Positions 52,733-62,437 are shown, counted from the stretch's first letter. The stretch is 64,000 bases of DNA from Chloroflexota bacterium (GCA_964291655.2 OZ219802.1:1984001-2048000); one strand, 5' to 3'. Numbers and translations are program-made. The notes: generated by a model not told the origin, from the sequence alone.

Positions 52733-53890
52733 ATGGCCTATTACGACGATTGGCCCGTTCTCGGCATAGAGGACGTGAATCCGCGGCAGCAGCGTTTGTA
52801 CGAGCAGTACGAGGACTACCTGGTCCACTACATCAAGCAACTCTACGACGCACGGGAACGCTACTGGAACCGGGACTTCTCCGACCTGGATGCCTACGTG
52901 CATTCGGTGGAGCCCAACCGGCAGCATTTCTTGGATAGCCTGGGCGGTTGGCCGTGGGAGCGGCACGACATGCACCTGCGCATCGAGCCGCTGGCAACCA
53001 CCGCGGACTTTCGCGTGGAGCGCGTGTACTATCGCGTGTTCGAAGGCGTGGAAAGCGATGCGCTCCTCCTGACCCCGCTTGGCAAAGGGCCGTTTCCCGG
53101 TGTGGTCTTGCAGATCGGTATCTACGGCGTACCGGAAGTCGCCTGCGGCTTCACCGCTGACGAGCATGCCGGCAAGGACAGCACCTACCACCGCATTGGC
53201 GGGCGGCTGGCGCGGCACGGCTATACCGTGCTCGCCACGCGCATGGTGACGGGATTCGAGCCGGACACGCTGGCTGGACGGTTTGCCCCGAAGCTGCAGG
53301 AGCTCAAGAGTGCGCAACCCCACGCCCGCATGTACCTCAACCGCCTCTGCCGCACTATCGGCATGGACCTTTTTGGCGTCGAGATGTTTGCGCTCTCGCG
53401 CGGCGTGGACCTGCTGGAGAGCCTGCCGCAAGTGAATAGCGACCGCATCGGCTTCTACGGCAAGTCGCAGGGCGGGCAGTCGGGGCTTTGGCTCGGCGCA
53501 TTGGATACCCGCCTGCAGGCCGTGGTCAGCACCGCATGGTTCAACGAGCGCTACCAGAAGCAGGTGATCCCGTCCGAGCACTACCGCCCGTTCGCTCTCA
53601 CCGCGGAGGAAGACAAGATCTACCCCCACCTGCACGAGTTTGCCGACAGCGACATCGCCTCGCTGATCTGTCCGCGCGCGTTCATGGTGGAGGAAGGCAA
53701 GCACGACGGCGCGGTGTACTGGAAGTTGGCCGAGCAGGCCATTGCCGAGGTCAAGGCCATCTATGAACGGCTCGGCATCGGCGAGAGGTGCGAAATCCAC
53801 GTCCATGAGGGCGGCCATGAAGTCGAGCCGGAAGATGATACCGCACGGATGCACTCGGTGCAGTTCTTAGACCGCTGGTTGAAGAGCTAA
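52733..53890 (+). CDS. Alpha/beta hydrolase (dienelactone hydrolase / acetylxylan esterase-like)
   Basis: RIGFYGKSQGG nucleophile elbow, LICPRAF, GGHE. Confidence 0.85.
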   Translation: MAYYDDWPVLGIEDVNPRQQRLYEQYEDYLVHYIKQLYDARERYWNRDFSDLDAYVHSVEPNRQHFLDSLGGWPWERHDMHLRIEPLATTADFRVERVYYRVFEGVESDALLLTPLGKGPFPGVVLQIGIYGVPEVACGFTADEHAGKDSTYHRIGGRLARHGYTVLATRMVTGFEPDTLAGRFAPKLQELKSAQPHARMYLNRLCRTIGMDLFGVEMFALSRGVDLLESLPQVNSDRIGFYGKSQGGQSGLWLGALDTRLQAVVSTAWFNERYQKQVIPSEHYRPFALTAEEDKIYPHLHEFADSDIASLICPRAFMVEEGKHDGAVYWKLAEQAIAEVKAIYERLGIGERCEIHVHEGGHEVEPEDDTARMHSVQFLDRWLKS

Positions 53891-54022
53891 GCGGGCACGC
53901 TCTTGTTCAGCACAGATATAGCCAAATGGGCGAGCTGCAAGGGGCGGACAGCGTATTATTCCGAGAATGGGGCAATAGAGCACTCATCGCACGCAGAGCA
54001 GTCTGCCTAGTTTCGTCATTCC

Positions 54023-54276
54023 TGTAAGAGTTGAGTAATTCGTTGACAGTTTTGATAGGAATTGTCAGTGGTTTCACCGTCATGTACGACCACATCGCAT
54101 GTCATTCCGAGCGGAGTGCAGCGAAGAGTCGCTCGGAGCGCGGAATCTAAGATGTTGAGCCTATTGGGCGACACGTTGCATGGGCCCTAGATTCCTCGCT
54201 CCGCTCGGAATGACATGATCTGTCAACACTGCCAATTTGGGAGAGAATTCTGTCAACGAATTACTCAACACTTACA
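54023..54276. mobile_element. MITE, TGTAAGTG-ended family (copy 6)
   Basis: Same TIRs; TSD ATTCC at 54018-54022 and 54277-54281. Confidence 0.85.
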
Positions 54277-54529
54277 ATTCCGAGCGCAGCGTCGAACAGG
54301 GTTCGTTGACTTTGTCAAAGACGCGGAATCTAAAGATGCTGATATTGCGGGGATGTACTTTAGATTCCGCGCTCTCAGCGACACTTCGCTGCGCTCCGTT
54401 CGGAATGGCATGTGAAGTCGATTTATAGAATACATATCCCTGTCAGCCCACGGGGAGAGGCGACTTTCCCGTGCCGGCGAGGGTTAGGCAAAGGTTTCCA
54501 GAGGGGGAATGAATGACGCAGTTGTATTC

Positions 54530-55273
54530 TTAGGAAGCGGGCCGGATGAGCTTGCGCTGGCCGACGTCGGCCGAGGACGTGGCTTCCTGGTACGAGACGA
54601 TGAAGGCCTGGCGCACGTGGTCGGTGCTGTTGCCTTTGGAGTGGTGCCACAGCAGGCCGTGGAAGAGCAACATGGAGCCGGCCGGCAGCGGGACGGGAAT
54701 GGCGTGCTCGTTGGCGTATTCTTCGGGCGTGAGCTTGCGCACGCAGGCCCCATAGTCCATGACTTCGTAGTCCTGCAGTCCCCAGCGGTGACTGCCCGGC
54801 ACCACCCACATGCAGCCGTTGGCCTCGTTGGCGTCCTGGAGCGGCACCCAGATAGACATCCGCGTTTGGCTGAACGACTTGGGATCGTCGGGCCGCGTGT
54901 AGAAGGCCTCGTCCTGGTGCCAGTGGCAGACGATGTCGGAGTGGGGCACCTTGGAGACGAGTTTTGCGGAGTGAATGGCAATGCCGGGGTGCACAATATC
55001 CTCGATCAGGGACAGGATCCGTTCGTCGCGGGCGAAGTTGCTGATGAGCTCGGAACGCAGCCCCAACTGAAAAATCCAACCCGGCCGGTTTGCCATGGTG
55101 TCGCCATGCTCCGGCATGAGACGCTCGATCTCGTCGTTGAGGGTCGTGATGTCCTGGGACGGAAAGACATTATCTAAAATGACGAATCCCTGCTCGTCGT
55201 AGGTCTGAAGTTCCTGCGCACTCAAGGTGCGCAGAGGCTGGGTGCTCTCGTCTAGCGTCACTACCTTCGCCAT
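54530..55273 (-). CDS. PhyH family dioxygenase
   Basis: YDEQGFV, WHQDEAFY, WVPLQDA.E.NGC..VVPGSH, WHHS..N. Confidence 0.92.
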   Translation of the reverse strand: MAKVVTLDESTQPLRTLSAQELQTYDEQGFVILDNVFPSQDITTLNDEIERLMPEHGDTMANRPGWIFQLGLRSELISNFARDERILSLIEDIVHPGIAIHSAKLVSKVPHSDIVCHWHQDEAFYTRPDDPKSFSQTRMSIWVPLQDANEANGCMWVVPGSHRWGLQDYEVMDYGACVRKLTPEEYANEHAIPVPLPAGSMLLFHGLLWHHSKGNSTDHVRQAFIVSYQEATSSADVGQRKLIRPAS

Positions 55274-55709
55274 GCCGCACTTCCTTCATGAACCGACACG
55301 TCACACTGCACTGGGTAAGTCCTACCGCTTATTCCGCCGCTTGCCACCCAGGCCTTTCAGCATGAATTGGACAAACTCAATGGCCCGAAGGCCTGAAATC
55401 GCCCTCCCCGTAGCGTTCACGTACCACGGGAACAACCTCTCTGTCATTCACACTGGGTATTATACACAGAATTCCCGAATTCTTGGAATGTGACGTTGCG
55501 CCAATGATGACAAGAAGAATGACTACTAATGCCTACCTACCTTGCGGATGAGCGGGGAGCTTGCCTAGCACGTTTCCCGCTCTCTTGCGTGCACGACCGA
55601 GCTTGCTCCACTGGCAGCAGAGCTGTTTGCGCTAAATGACCCCTGTTACCGAGTGCGGAGCATGCGCGGATCTCCAGATCGAGGCATGGGCAGAGTCCGC
55701 ACGCGAGAA

Positions 55710-55929
55710 TTCTCCCTCTCCCGGGAGACGTATGCGCAACCAAGGCCGCCGGGCAAGAGTTCCCCTCTCTCCGGGAAACCCTTGCACAACCAGGCCTGCT
55801 CGCAAAGAGACCCCCTCTCCCTGGGGAGACCTTTGCATAACTAATCTGAATGCGAGAATATCACCCTCTCCCCGTGGAGACATTTGCGAAACTTCGGCTA
55901 GCGGCGCAAGAATTGCTCCCTCTCCTTGG
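55710..55929. repeat. Stack of four ~51-bp units, each a CCCTCTCC hairpin arm plus a GAGACC-MITE left end
   Basis: GGAGACGTATGCGCAAC, GGAAACCCTTGCACAAC, GGAGACCTTTGCATAAC, GGAGACATTTGCGAAAC at ~51-bp spacing. Confidence 0.7.
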
Positions 55930-57487
55930 GAGGCTGTCTCAATATTTTGGTGCGGGGCACGGTGAATGGGGTGAGAAGGACAGACAGATGGCGGGTGGTA
56001 TGAACAAGACGGTGCCAGTGAGAGACTCGTCCCCGGGGCGACGCTGGACTACACCCAGACCGCCACAGGGCGTGGAGGCTCTTGAGATTGAACGCGGTGG
56101 CCAGCAGGTGCCATTCGGACGTCACGTGGCTGCGGCCTCTGAGCAGGAAGCGCCTGGCACTGTGCCACTCCTTGAGCAGGCCAAAGACCGGCTCGACGAT
56201 GGTACTCCGGCGGCGGTACACCTGCTTGGCAGGCGCGGTGGCCATCAACTGCCTGTGCCGTTGCAGTATTGGCTCGTAGGCGCTGATCTTTATGGAGCGG
56301 CCCCTCTGGGAGGAGGTGCAGACGCCGAAGGCCGGACAGGTTCTGCAGTCCCGGCCGTTGGCTTGGTACCGCTTGACCCGGTAGCCGTTGCTGTGGGTCA
56401 AGCGGTGCGTGTAGGTGAGCACCTTTTGCTGGGGACACAGGTAGGTGTCGGTCTCTGGACGGTAGGTGAAGTGGTCTTTATGGTAGGGGTTGCGGCGTCT
56501 GCGCTCGTGGGTCGTGGGCATCAATACCGTGTGGCCGCCGGCGTGGCACGTGGCGAGGTTGGCCCCCGAATGGTAGCCGGCGTCCGCAACGGTCACCACG
56601 TCCCGCGCGGCGTCGATGTTCTCCTGCGCCGCCTCGATCAGCGGCGCCAGGTGGGGATGGTCGTCGGCACTGGCGCTCACGTCCACGGCTGTGATCAACC
56701 TCCCCCCTGCGCCCTCGTCCGGGGACGCAAGAGGGGAGACCAGCGCCTGGGCGTTGTAGCCGGTGATGAAGCCACCCATGCCAGTCTTGAGCAGGGCCGC
56801 GTCCGCATCAGTCAGGTTCGTGTAGCGCGGCCCGTCCTCAGCCGCGACGCGGGCGAGCGCGTCGTCCACCCGCCGCCGCAGGGCCTGGGCATCGGCAAGT
56901 TCCTGCGGCAAAGTCGCTGGCGGCGCGTCGCCCCCCGTGGCGTTCTGCGCCTCCAGGTCCGCGATCGCTTGCTCGGTGCGGGACAACAGCCGCTGCAGCC
57001 CCTGCGCGTCGTGGGTATGCCGCGTCCCGGCGTTGGCCGCGATCCTGGTGCCGTCCACCGCCTGGATTGCCAACTCCACCAGGCCGGCTCGCACCGCCGT
57101 GCGCACCGTGCGCTTGAGCAGCGTCCGCATCCGGTCGCGGTGCGCCTTGTAGAAGCGCCACAGCGTGTTGTGGTCCGGCTGCTGCATCCCCACCAGCCAC
57201 AGGTACGGTACCTGATCCCGGCAGGCTGCCTCCAGCTTGCGGCTCGAGCGCACGCCGGTCATGAAGCCGTAGACCCATACGCCCAGCAGCGCGCGCGGAT
57301 GGTAGGCCCCGGCGCCACGCGGATCGCCTTGCAGGTCAATCTCCATCGCCTCCCAGGCCGCAGCATCGAGGCTGTCCACGAACGCTGCCGCAAACCTGAC
57401 AGGATGGTCGTCCGGGATCAGTTCGTCCAGCGTCGGCGGCAACAGCCAGGCCTGTTCACGACTAAACGGTCTCAACGGCATCGTCAC
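55898..57487 (-). CDS. IS1182-family transposase
   Basis: Protein identical to 38374..39966 except last ~10 residues. Confidence 0.93.
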   Translation of the reverse strand: MTMPLRPFSREQAWLLPPTLDELIPDDHPVRFAAAFVDSLDAAAWEAMEIDLQGDPRGAGAYHPRALLGVWVYGFMTGVRSSRKLEAACRDQVPYLWLVGMQQPDHNTLWRFYKAHRDRMRTLLKRTVRTAVRAGLVELAIQAVDGTRIAANAGTRHTHDAQGLQRLLSRTEQAIADLEAQNATGGDAPPATLPQELADAQALRRRVDDALARVAAEDGPRYTNLTDADAALLKTGMGGFITGYNAQALVSPLASPDEGAGGRLITAVDVSASADDHPHLAPLIEAAQENIDAARDVVTVADAGYHSGANLATCHAGGHTVLMPTTHERRRRNPYHKDHFTYRPETDTYLCPQQKVLTYTHRLTHSNGYRVKRYQANGRDCRTCPAFGVCTSSQRGRSIKISAYEPILQRHRQLMATAPAKQVYRRRSTIVEPVFGLLKEWHSARRFLLRGRSHVTSEWHLLATAFNLKSLHALWRSGCSPASPRGRVSHWHRLVHTTRHLSVLLTPFTVPRTKILRQPPKEREQFLRR

Positions 57488-57573
57488 TACCTCTCTACAA
57501 ACTATCCCACCACCTCACCTTGCTTCTCTTCACACCAGTATATATCCAGTAGATCTATTTTTGAGACACCCTC
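55930..57573 (-). mobile_element. IS1182-family insertion sequence, copy 2 (1644 bp)
   Basis: Same TIRs inverted; TSD TTGG; near-identical to copy 1. Confidence 0.93.
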
Positions 57574-57768
57574 TTGGGGAGAGGGCTGGGGTGAGGGGAA
57601 TTCTTCACAATACCAACCCATTTGCGCGCAGTCGACGGGTATCGCAAGAGTCTCTAATTGGGGAATGGGCCGCAACGCGTTCCGGATTGGCCGCACTCAA
57701 GTCACCCTTGTGCTTGGTGCTGAATGGGGAGTCATGCTCTGGCGCTACATTCGTATGCAATACGTGTC

Positions 57769-58752
57769 TTAGGTGAGCGTCCGCGTGCTCATCCAGTATC
57801 TGCGCCAGACTGTGTAGCCAAGCTTGCCGTAGAAGTCGACGATGTTCGTCCAATCGATGTGGCAATTGCCGACGCCGCGTGCGCGCAGCACGGCCGAGCC
57901 GACGGCCACCATGCCAATGCCGATGCCGCGCCCCCGTTCGCTCTGGGCTACACCCACGGCGCTGATGCCGCCGAGGGAATCGCCCAGCAGCGTCTGCCAC
58001 GTGATGTTTGCCGTGAGCCAGCGTGACGACGGCGTGTGCAGCATGAGCGTGCCGACGATGCCTTCTTCCTCGTCAATCGCGACGAGCATATTCTGGAAGT
58101 CACCGAGTTCCCCCATGTAGACGAAGCCGGCGGCCCAACCGGGAAAGTGCTCCCATTCAAATGCAAGGACATCGTCGACTTCATCCTGCCGGGCGGGACG
58201 TACGGTCACGCATTCTTGCGCTAGCCGCGCGTCCATGGCAGGCGGCACTCTAAAGTCACTGAGGTCGCGCACAAGATCGCACGAGCCTTTATCCGGATCC
58301 AGCGGCCAGCCGCAAGCGGCGAAGAATTCATAGGCGCCGGGCAAGTCGGTGGGGATGCCCGGCCAAAACCGGTACGCGCCGCCACCGCCGAGCCGTATCT
58401 CCTGCACGCCTTCACGGCGCAGTTGCGCTAGCGCTGCCTCGTGCAGCCGCCTACCGATGCCCTGTCGCTGCCAGTCCGGATGCACGAGCACGACGGAAAT
58501 GCCCCCGCCGCGCTTACTCTCAGGCACGCCCTCCCAGCGGTCAACCTGCGTGCCCACGAAACCGACGATTCGCCCGTCCGCGACCGCCACCAGGTGATCG
58601 TCCCCGCGATAGAAGCGATGCTCGGTCAATTGCCGCCGCAAGAGGTCGTTGCGCATGGGCCAGGTGTCACCGAGCGCCGCTTGCCAAAGGGGCAGCAGGG
58701 CCGTCGTGTCGAGATTGGGGTTGTACGGACGTATCAGGACTCTTGCCAACAC
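57769..58752 (-). CDS. Tandem GNAT N-acetyltransferase
   Basis: Two acetyl-CoA motifs VHPDWQRQGIG and VAQSERGRGIG; FYGKLGY. Confidence 0.9.
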   Translation of the reverse strand: MLARVLIRPYNPNLDTTALLPLWQAALGDTWPMRNDLLRRQLTEHRFYRGDDHLVAVADGRIVGFVGTQVDRWEGVPESKRGGGISVVLVHPDWQRQGIGRRLHEAALAQLRREGVQEIRLGGGGAYRFWPGIPTDLPGAYEFFAACGWPLDPDKGSCDLVRDLSDFRVPPAMDARLAQECVTVRPARQDEVDDVLAFEWEHFPGWAAGFVYMGELGDFQNMLVAIDEEEGIVGTLMLHTPSSRWLTANITWQTLLGDSLGGISAVGVAQSERGRGIGIGMVAVGSAVLRARGVGNCHIDWTNIVDFYGKLGYTVWRRYWMSTRTLT

Positions 58753-59096
58753 TGTCTGCTCCTACGTGTCGAGATAGCTACGCGAAAGCTCTCCATTTCG
58801 AGGCCATTGCGATGCCCTCGCCGAGGCCAGAGTAAACCCTCTCCCTCGACGGGAGAGGGCTAGAGCCTGCCCCGTACTCGATTCATAGTATCGACACGAT
58901 ACGGGGACGAGGGGTGAATCCTCCGAGATCCGGTACTCACACTATAGGTTGTGCACCGCTACGTGCAGGTCTTGCACGAGGTGGCAACGTGGTAAGCAAG
59001 AACTCCCCTCACCCCAACCCTCTCCCCAAGGAGAGGGGGCAATTCTCGCTTCCCTGTCCAATCTGTCCAAGGTCTCACTTCTCGAATTGCACCGGC

Positions 59097-59870
59097 TTAG
59101 TTCAGCCGCATTGGAATGCCCTTCGCGGCTAGATACTCCTTCACTTCCCGCACGGTAAAGTGCTCGTAGTGGAAGATAGATGCGGCCAGCACGGCGTGGG
59201 CGTGGCCTTTGTCGAGGGCCTCGAAGAGGTGTTCCAGGCTGCCGCCGCCGCCGCTGGCGATCACCGGCACATCCACGGCGGCGCACACGGCGGCGAGGAG
59301 TTCCAGGTCGTAGCCGGCCAGGGTGCCGTCGGCGTCGATGCTGTTGACTACGATCTCGCCCGCGCCGCGCTCCACACCCTCGATTGCCCAGGGCACCGCC
59401 TCGCCATCGGTCTGGCGGCGGCCGCCGTGGGTAAACACGTGCCATTTGATGCTGCCGTCGGCCTGGGGCACGCGCTTCACGTCCATGGAGAGCACGGTGC
59501 ACTGGCTGCCGAAGCCCTCGGCGCCGTCGTTGATGAGGTCGGGGTTGTCCACCGCTGCCGTATTGATGGAGACCTTGTCCGCACCGGCCCGCAACATGCG
59601 GCGCATGTCCTGCGCCGTGCGAATGCCGCCGCCGACTGTGAGCGGAATGAAGAGCTGATCGGCGGTGCGCTCCACGAGGTCTTGAAAGATGCCGCGCTCT
59701 TCCGCCGACGCGGTGATGTCGTAGTAGACGAGCTCGTCGGCGCTTTGCTCGTTGTAGCGCACGGCCAGCTCGATGGGATCACCGGCGTCCTTATCGGCCG
59801 AAAACTGCTGCCCCCGCACCACGCGGCCGCGATGCACGTCGAGACAGGGAATGATGCGTGTTGTAAGCAT
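59097..59870 (-). CDS. hisF: Imidazole glycerol phosphate synthase cyclase subunit
   Basis: RIIPCLDV, ADEL..DITAS, PLTVGGG, GADKVSIN, SIDADGT, LAASIFH. Confidence 0.97.
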   Translation of the reverse strand: MLTTRIIPCLDVHRGRVVRGQQFSADKDAGDPIELAVRYNEQSADELVYYDITASAEERGIFQDLVERTADQLFIPLTVGGGIRTAQDMRRMLRAGADKVSINTAAVDNPDLINDGAEGFGSQCTVLSMDVKRVPQADGSIKWHVFTHGGRRQTDGEAVPWAIEGVERGAGEIVVNSIDADGTLAGYDLELLAAVCAAVDVPVIASGGGGSLEHLFEALDKGHAHAVLAASIFHYEHFTVREVKEYLAAKGIPMRLN

Positions 59871-60042
59871 AGTTTGTCTAGGAGTCTGTTGCGTAACGTA
59901 TGCGTGAAAAGCGTTGGGCTCGTTTTGCACCTTGCGCGGACACGCGCACGAGACACAACACTTCCAGCATTACCTTGTTGTGTGACGGACTTCGTCCCGT
60001 CACTCCAAGTGTTGTCAGTCTAAGGCAAGTACGGTCCGCGAT

Positions 60043-60074
60043 ACAAAAACAGAGACCGCTCACAGAGCGGTCTC
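60043..60074 (-). terminator. Intrinsic terminator upstream of hisF
   Basis: Stem GAGACCGCTC-TGT-GAGCGGTCTC followed by TGTTTTTG on minus strand. Confidence 0.75.
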
Positions 60075-60211
60075 GACCCTGCCGCCAAAGCGGACAGGGG
60101 CTGTAATTCCGATGATAGCAGTCAACGAGAACTCTGTCGAGTACATGGACCTGCATTAGAGCACTTCCTGGAGGACCGGAGACGAACCGGTGGGCAGCGG
60201 CAATGGAGTAA

Positions 60212-60240
60212 AGTATGCTGAGAGAACTACAATCTCTCAA
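60212..60240 (-). promoter_or_regulatory. sigma70-like promoter with internal palindrome
   Basis: TTGAGA-N17-CATACT on minus strand; inverted repeat TGAGAGA-N7-TCTCTCA (60219-60239). Confidence 0.55.
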
Positions 60241-60265
60241 CCTAAGGTATGAGGTAAGCGTCTCA

Positions 60266-60877
60266 ATGGATAAACCGGCTGTTTCCGACCATCCCGTCCA
60301 CGAATTAATCCGACGTCGCTGGAGTCCCCGGGCGTTTGCAGCGCGCTCGGTGGAACCAGAGAAGCTTGCCAGCCTCTTCGAGGCGGCGCGTTGGGCGCCA
60401 TCGTCGTTCAATGGTCAGCCCTGGCACTACATCGTTGCCACCAGGGACGATCAGGCGGGGTTCGCGCGGCTCCTGAACTGCCTGCGCCCGCAGAACATCC
60501 AGTGGGCGCAGCACGCGCCGGTACTGATCATTGCGGTTGCAGAGCTATCCCTAGGGGATGACCGCGGCCCCAACCGCCATGCTTTCCACGACGTGGGCCT
60601 AGCAAACGAAAACCTCGTTCTCCAGGCCGTCGCCCTGGGCCTCGTCTCGCATCAGATGGCCGGTTTCTTTCCCGATAAGGCACGCGAGACGTTCAACATA
60701 CCGGAAGGGTACGAGGCGCTCACGGCGATCGCAGTGGGCTACCCGGGCGACCCTGAGGACTTGCCGCCGGAGGTCAAAGCGCGCGAACTTCAGCCCCGCG
60801 AGCGCAGGCCCCTTAGCGCGTTCGTGTTTGCCGACGCATGGGGCCAGGATTGGGCGGCGCCGACGGATGAGGAATGA
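60266..60877 (+). CDS. Nitroreductase family protein
   Basis: IRRRWSPRAF, EAARWAPSSFN.QPW, HQMAGF, IAVGYPG. Confidence 0.93.
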   Translation: MDKPAVSDHPVHELIRRRWSPRAFAARSVEPEKLASLFEAARWAPSSFNGQPWHYIVATRDDQAGFARLLNCLRPQNIQWAQHAPVLIIAVAELSLGDDRGPNRHAFHDVGLANENLVLQAVALGLVSHQMAGFFPDKARETFNIPEGYEALTAIAVGYPGDPEDLPPEVKARELQPRERRPLSAFVFADAWGQDWAAPTDEE

Positions 60878-61082
60878 GTCCTGGATCGGCCCTAGGCGTC
60901 TGCGGATCCGTCTCTCGTAGAACCAGTGCCGGGATGTCTTGACGGTTTGCTGCAGTGGGGGCGCCTATCGCGCCAAAGAGCGGGGGACAAGCCCCCGCGC
61001 TACGTTCTACCTCTCGACCCGAACAGAGAACTCTGGATGGCATATCGAGAGGCCCAAGATGTGGCATGGAAGCTCTCTCGAT

Positions 61083-62264
61083 CTAATGGTGAAACAGCCG
61101 TAGGTTGGCAAACGCCATAACCATGCCGTATTCATTCGCGGCGTCGATCACCTCGTCATCGCGGTTGGATCCGCCGGCCTGCGCCACGTAGCGCACACCG
61201 CTGCGCGACGCGCGGTCCACATTGTCGCGGAAGGGGAAGTAGGCGTCTGAACTGAGCGCTACGTCCTGCAGCGTGCTCAGCCACTCTCGCTTTTCGTCAG
61301 CCGTGAGGCGGGTTGGCGGCGCGGTGAACGCTTGCAGCCACGCCTCCGTCTCAGCCGCCGTAAGCTCCTCCAAGAGAAAGCGGTCGATGGCGTTGTTGCG
61401 CTCGGCGCGTGATAGCTTCGGGCGGAGCGACAGCCCCAGCACGCTTGGATGCTGGCGGAGATGCCAGAGGTCCGCTTTGTCAGCAGCGAGCCGGGTACAG
61501 TGAATACGAGACTGCTGTCCCGCGCCCAATCCAATCACCTGCCCGTCGGCGGCAAGGCAGACGGAATTCGATTGCGTGTATTTTACGGCAAGCGTCGCCA
61601 CCAATAGGTCTCGCACGGCCGCGGACGGCAACTCAGTTTCAGAGGTCACGATTTCTTGCAGAAACTCGGGGCCCGGCATGCGGTCGTTGCGGCGCTGCTC
61701 GAACGTGACGCCGAAGACCTCCCGGCGTTCGAGCAGCGGTGGCGCGTAGTCCGGATCAATCTGCAGCACCACGTAACTGCCGCCTTTCTTGCGCCGCAGC
61801 ATCTGGAGCGCTTCCGGTTCGTACCCGGGGGCAATTACACCGTCGGAGACCTCGCGGCGGAGCAAGCGCGCAGTTGGCACGTCCACCACATCGCTGAGCG
61901 CGGCCATGTCGCCAAATGAGGAAACGCTATCACCGCCCCGCGCACGCGCATAGGCGGTTGCAAGGGGAGAAAGCGTGACGCTTCCCACTGCGTATGCCGT
62001 ATGCAGGGAGTCGCTCAGTGGCACGGCGACGGCGGCGCCTGCCGGGCTGACGTGCTTGAAAGAGGCGGCCGCCGGCAACTCCAGGGTGTCGCGCAATTCC
62101 TTGACCAGTTGCCAGGCATTCAAAGCATCGAGCAAGTTGATGTACCCGGGCGCGCCATTCAATACGGTGAATGGCAGGGGGTTGCTGCCTTCACCGCGCA
62201 GTACGCGCGCCGGTGTCTGATGCGGATTCACACCATACCGGAGCGGCAAATCATAGCTGTTCAT
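61083..62264 (-). CDS. purH: AICAR transformylase (short PurH-type lacking IMP cyclohydrolase domain)
   Basis: LRYGVNPHQ, SFKHVSPAGAA, KYTQSNSV, GAGQQSRIHCTRLA, SDAYFPFRDN, RLFHH. Confidence 0.9.
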   Translation of the reverse strand: MNSYDLPLRYGVNPHQTPARVLRGEGSNPLPFTVLNGAPGYINLLDALNAWQLVKELRDTLELPAAASFKHVSPAGAAVAVPLSDSLHTAYAVGSVTLSPLATAYARARGGDSVSSFGDMAALSDVVDVPTARLLRREVSDGVIAPGYEPEALQMLRRKKGGSYVVLQIDPDYAPPLLERREVFGVTFEQRRNDRMPGPEFLQEIVTSETELPSAAVRDLLVATLAVKYTQSNSVCLAADGQVIGLGAGQQSRIHCTRLAADKADLWHLRQHPSVLGLSLRPKLSRAERNNAIDRFLLEELTAAETEAWLQAFTAPPTRLTADEKREWLSTLQDVALSSDAYFPFRDNVDRASRSGVRYVAQAGGSNRDDEVIDAANEYGMVMAFANLRLFHH

Positions 62265-62437
62265 GGTAGTTTCGGTCCTTCCGCAATAGTGGTTTTCATG
62301 TAAGCCTGCGGGCTCTACGCTTCCGCGCGGTCTCCTACGTACACCTTTGCTCCGAGGAATTGCAGCGGGATTAGCCTCTTGAAATCTGAAAGCGTAGCGT
62401 CCCCCGAACCCTCGTGTTGCGGGCGTGCCGCACTCGG

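Noticed and set aside
38288-57573. Composite transposon bounded by the two inverted IS1182 copies
   Set aside because: Each copy has its own intact and different TSD (CCCG, TTGG), and the enclosed DNA includes tRNAs and housekeeping genes, so these are independent insertions
62265-62437. ZTP riboswitch upstream of purH
   Set aside because: Could not find the GACTGG...GCCTGGG-type core on the minus strand
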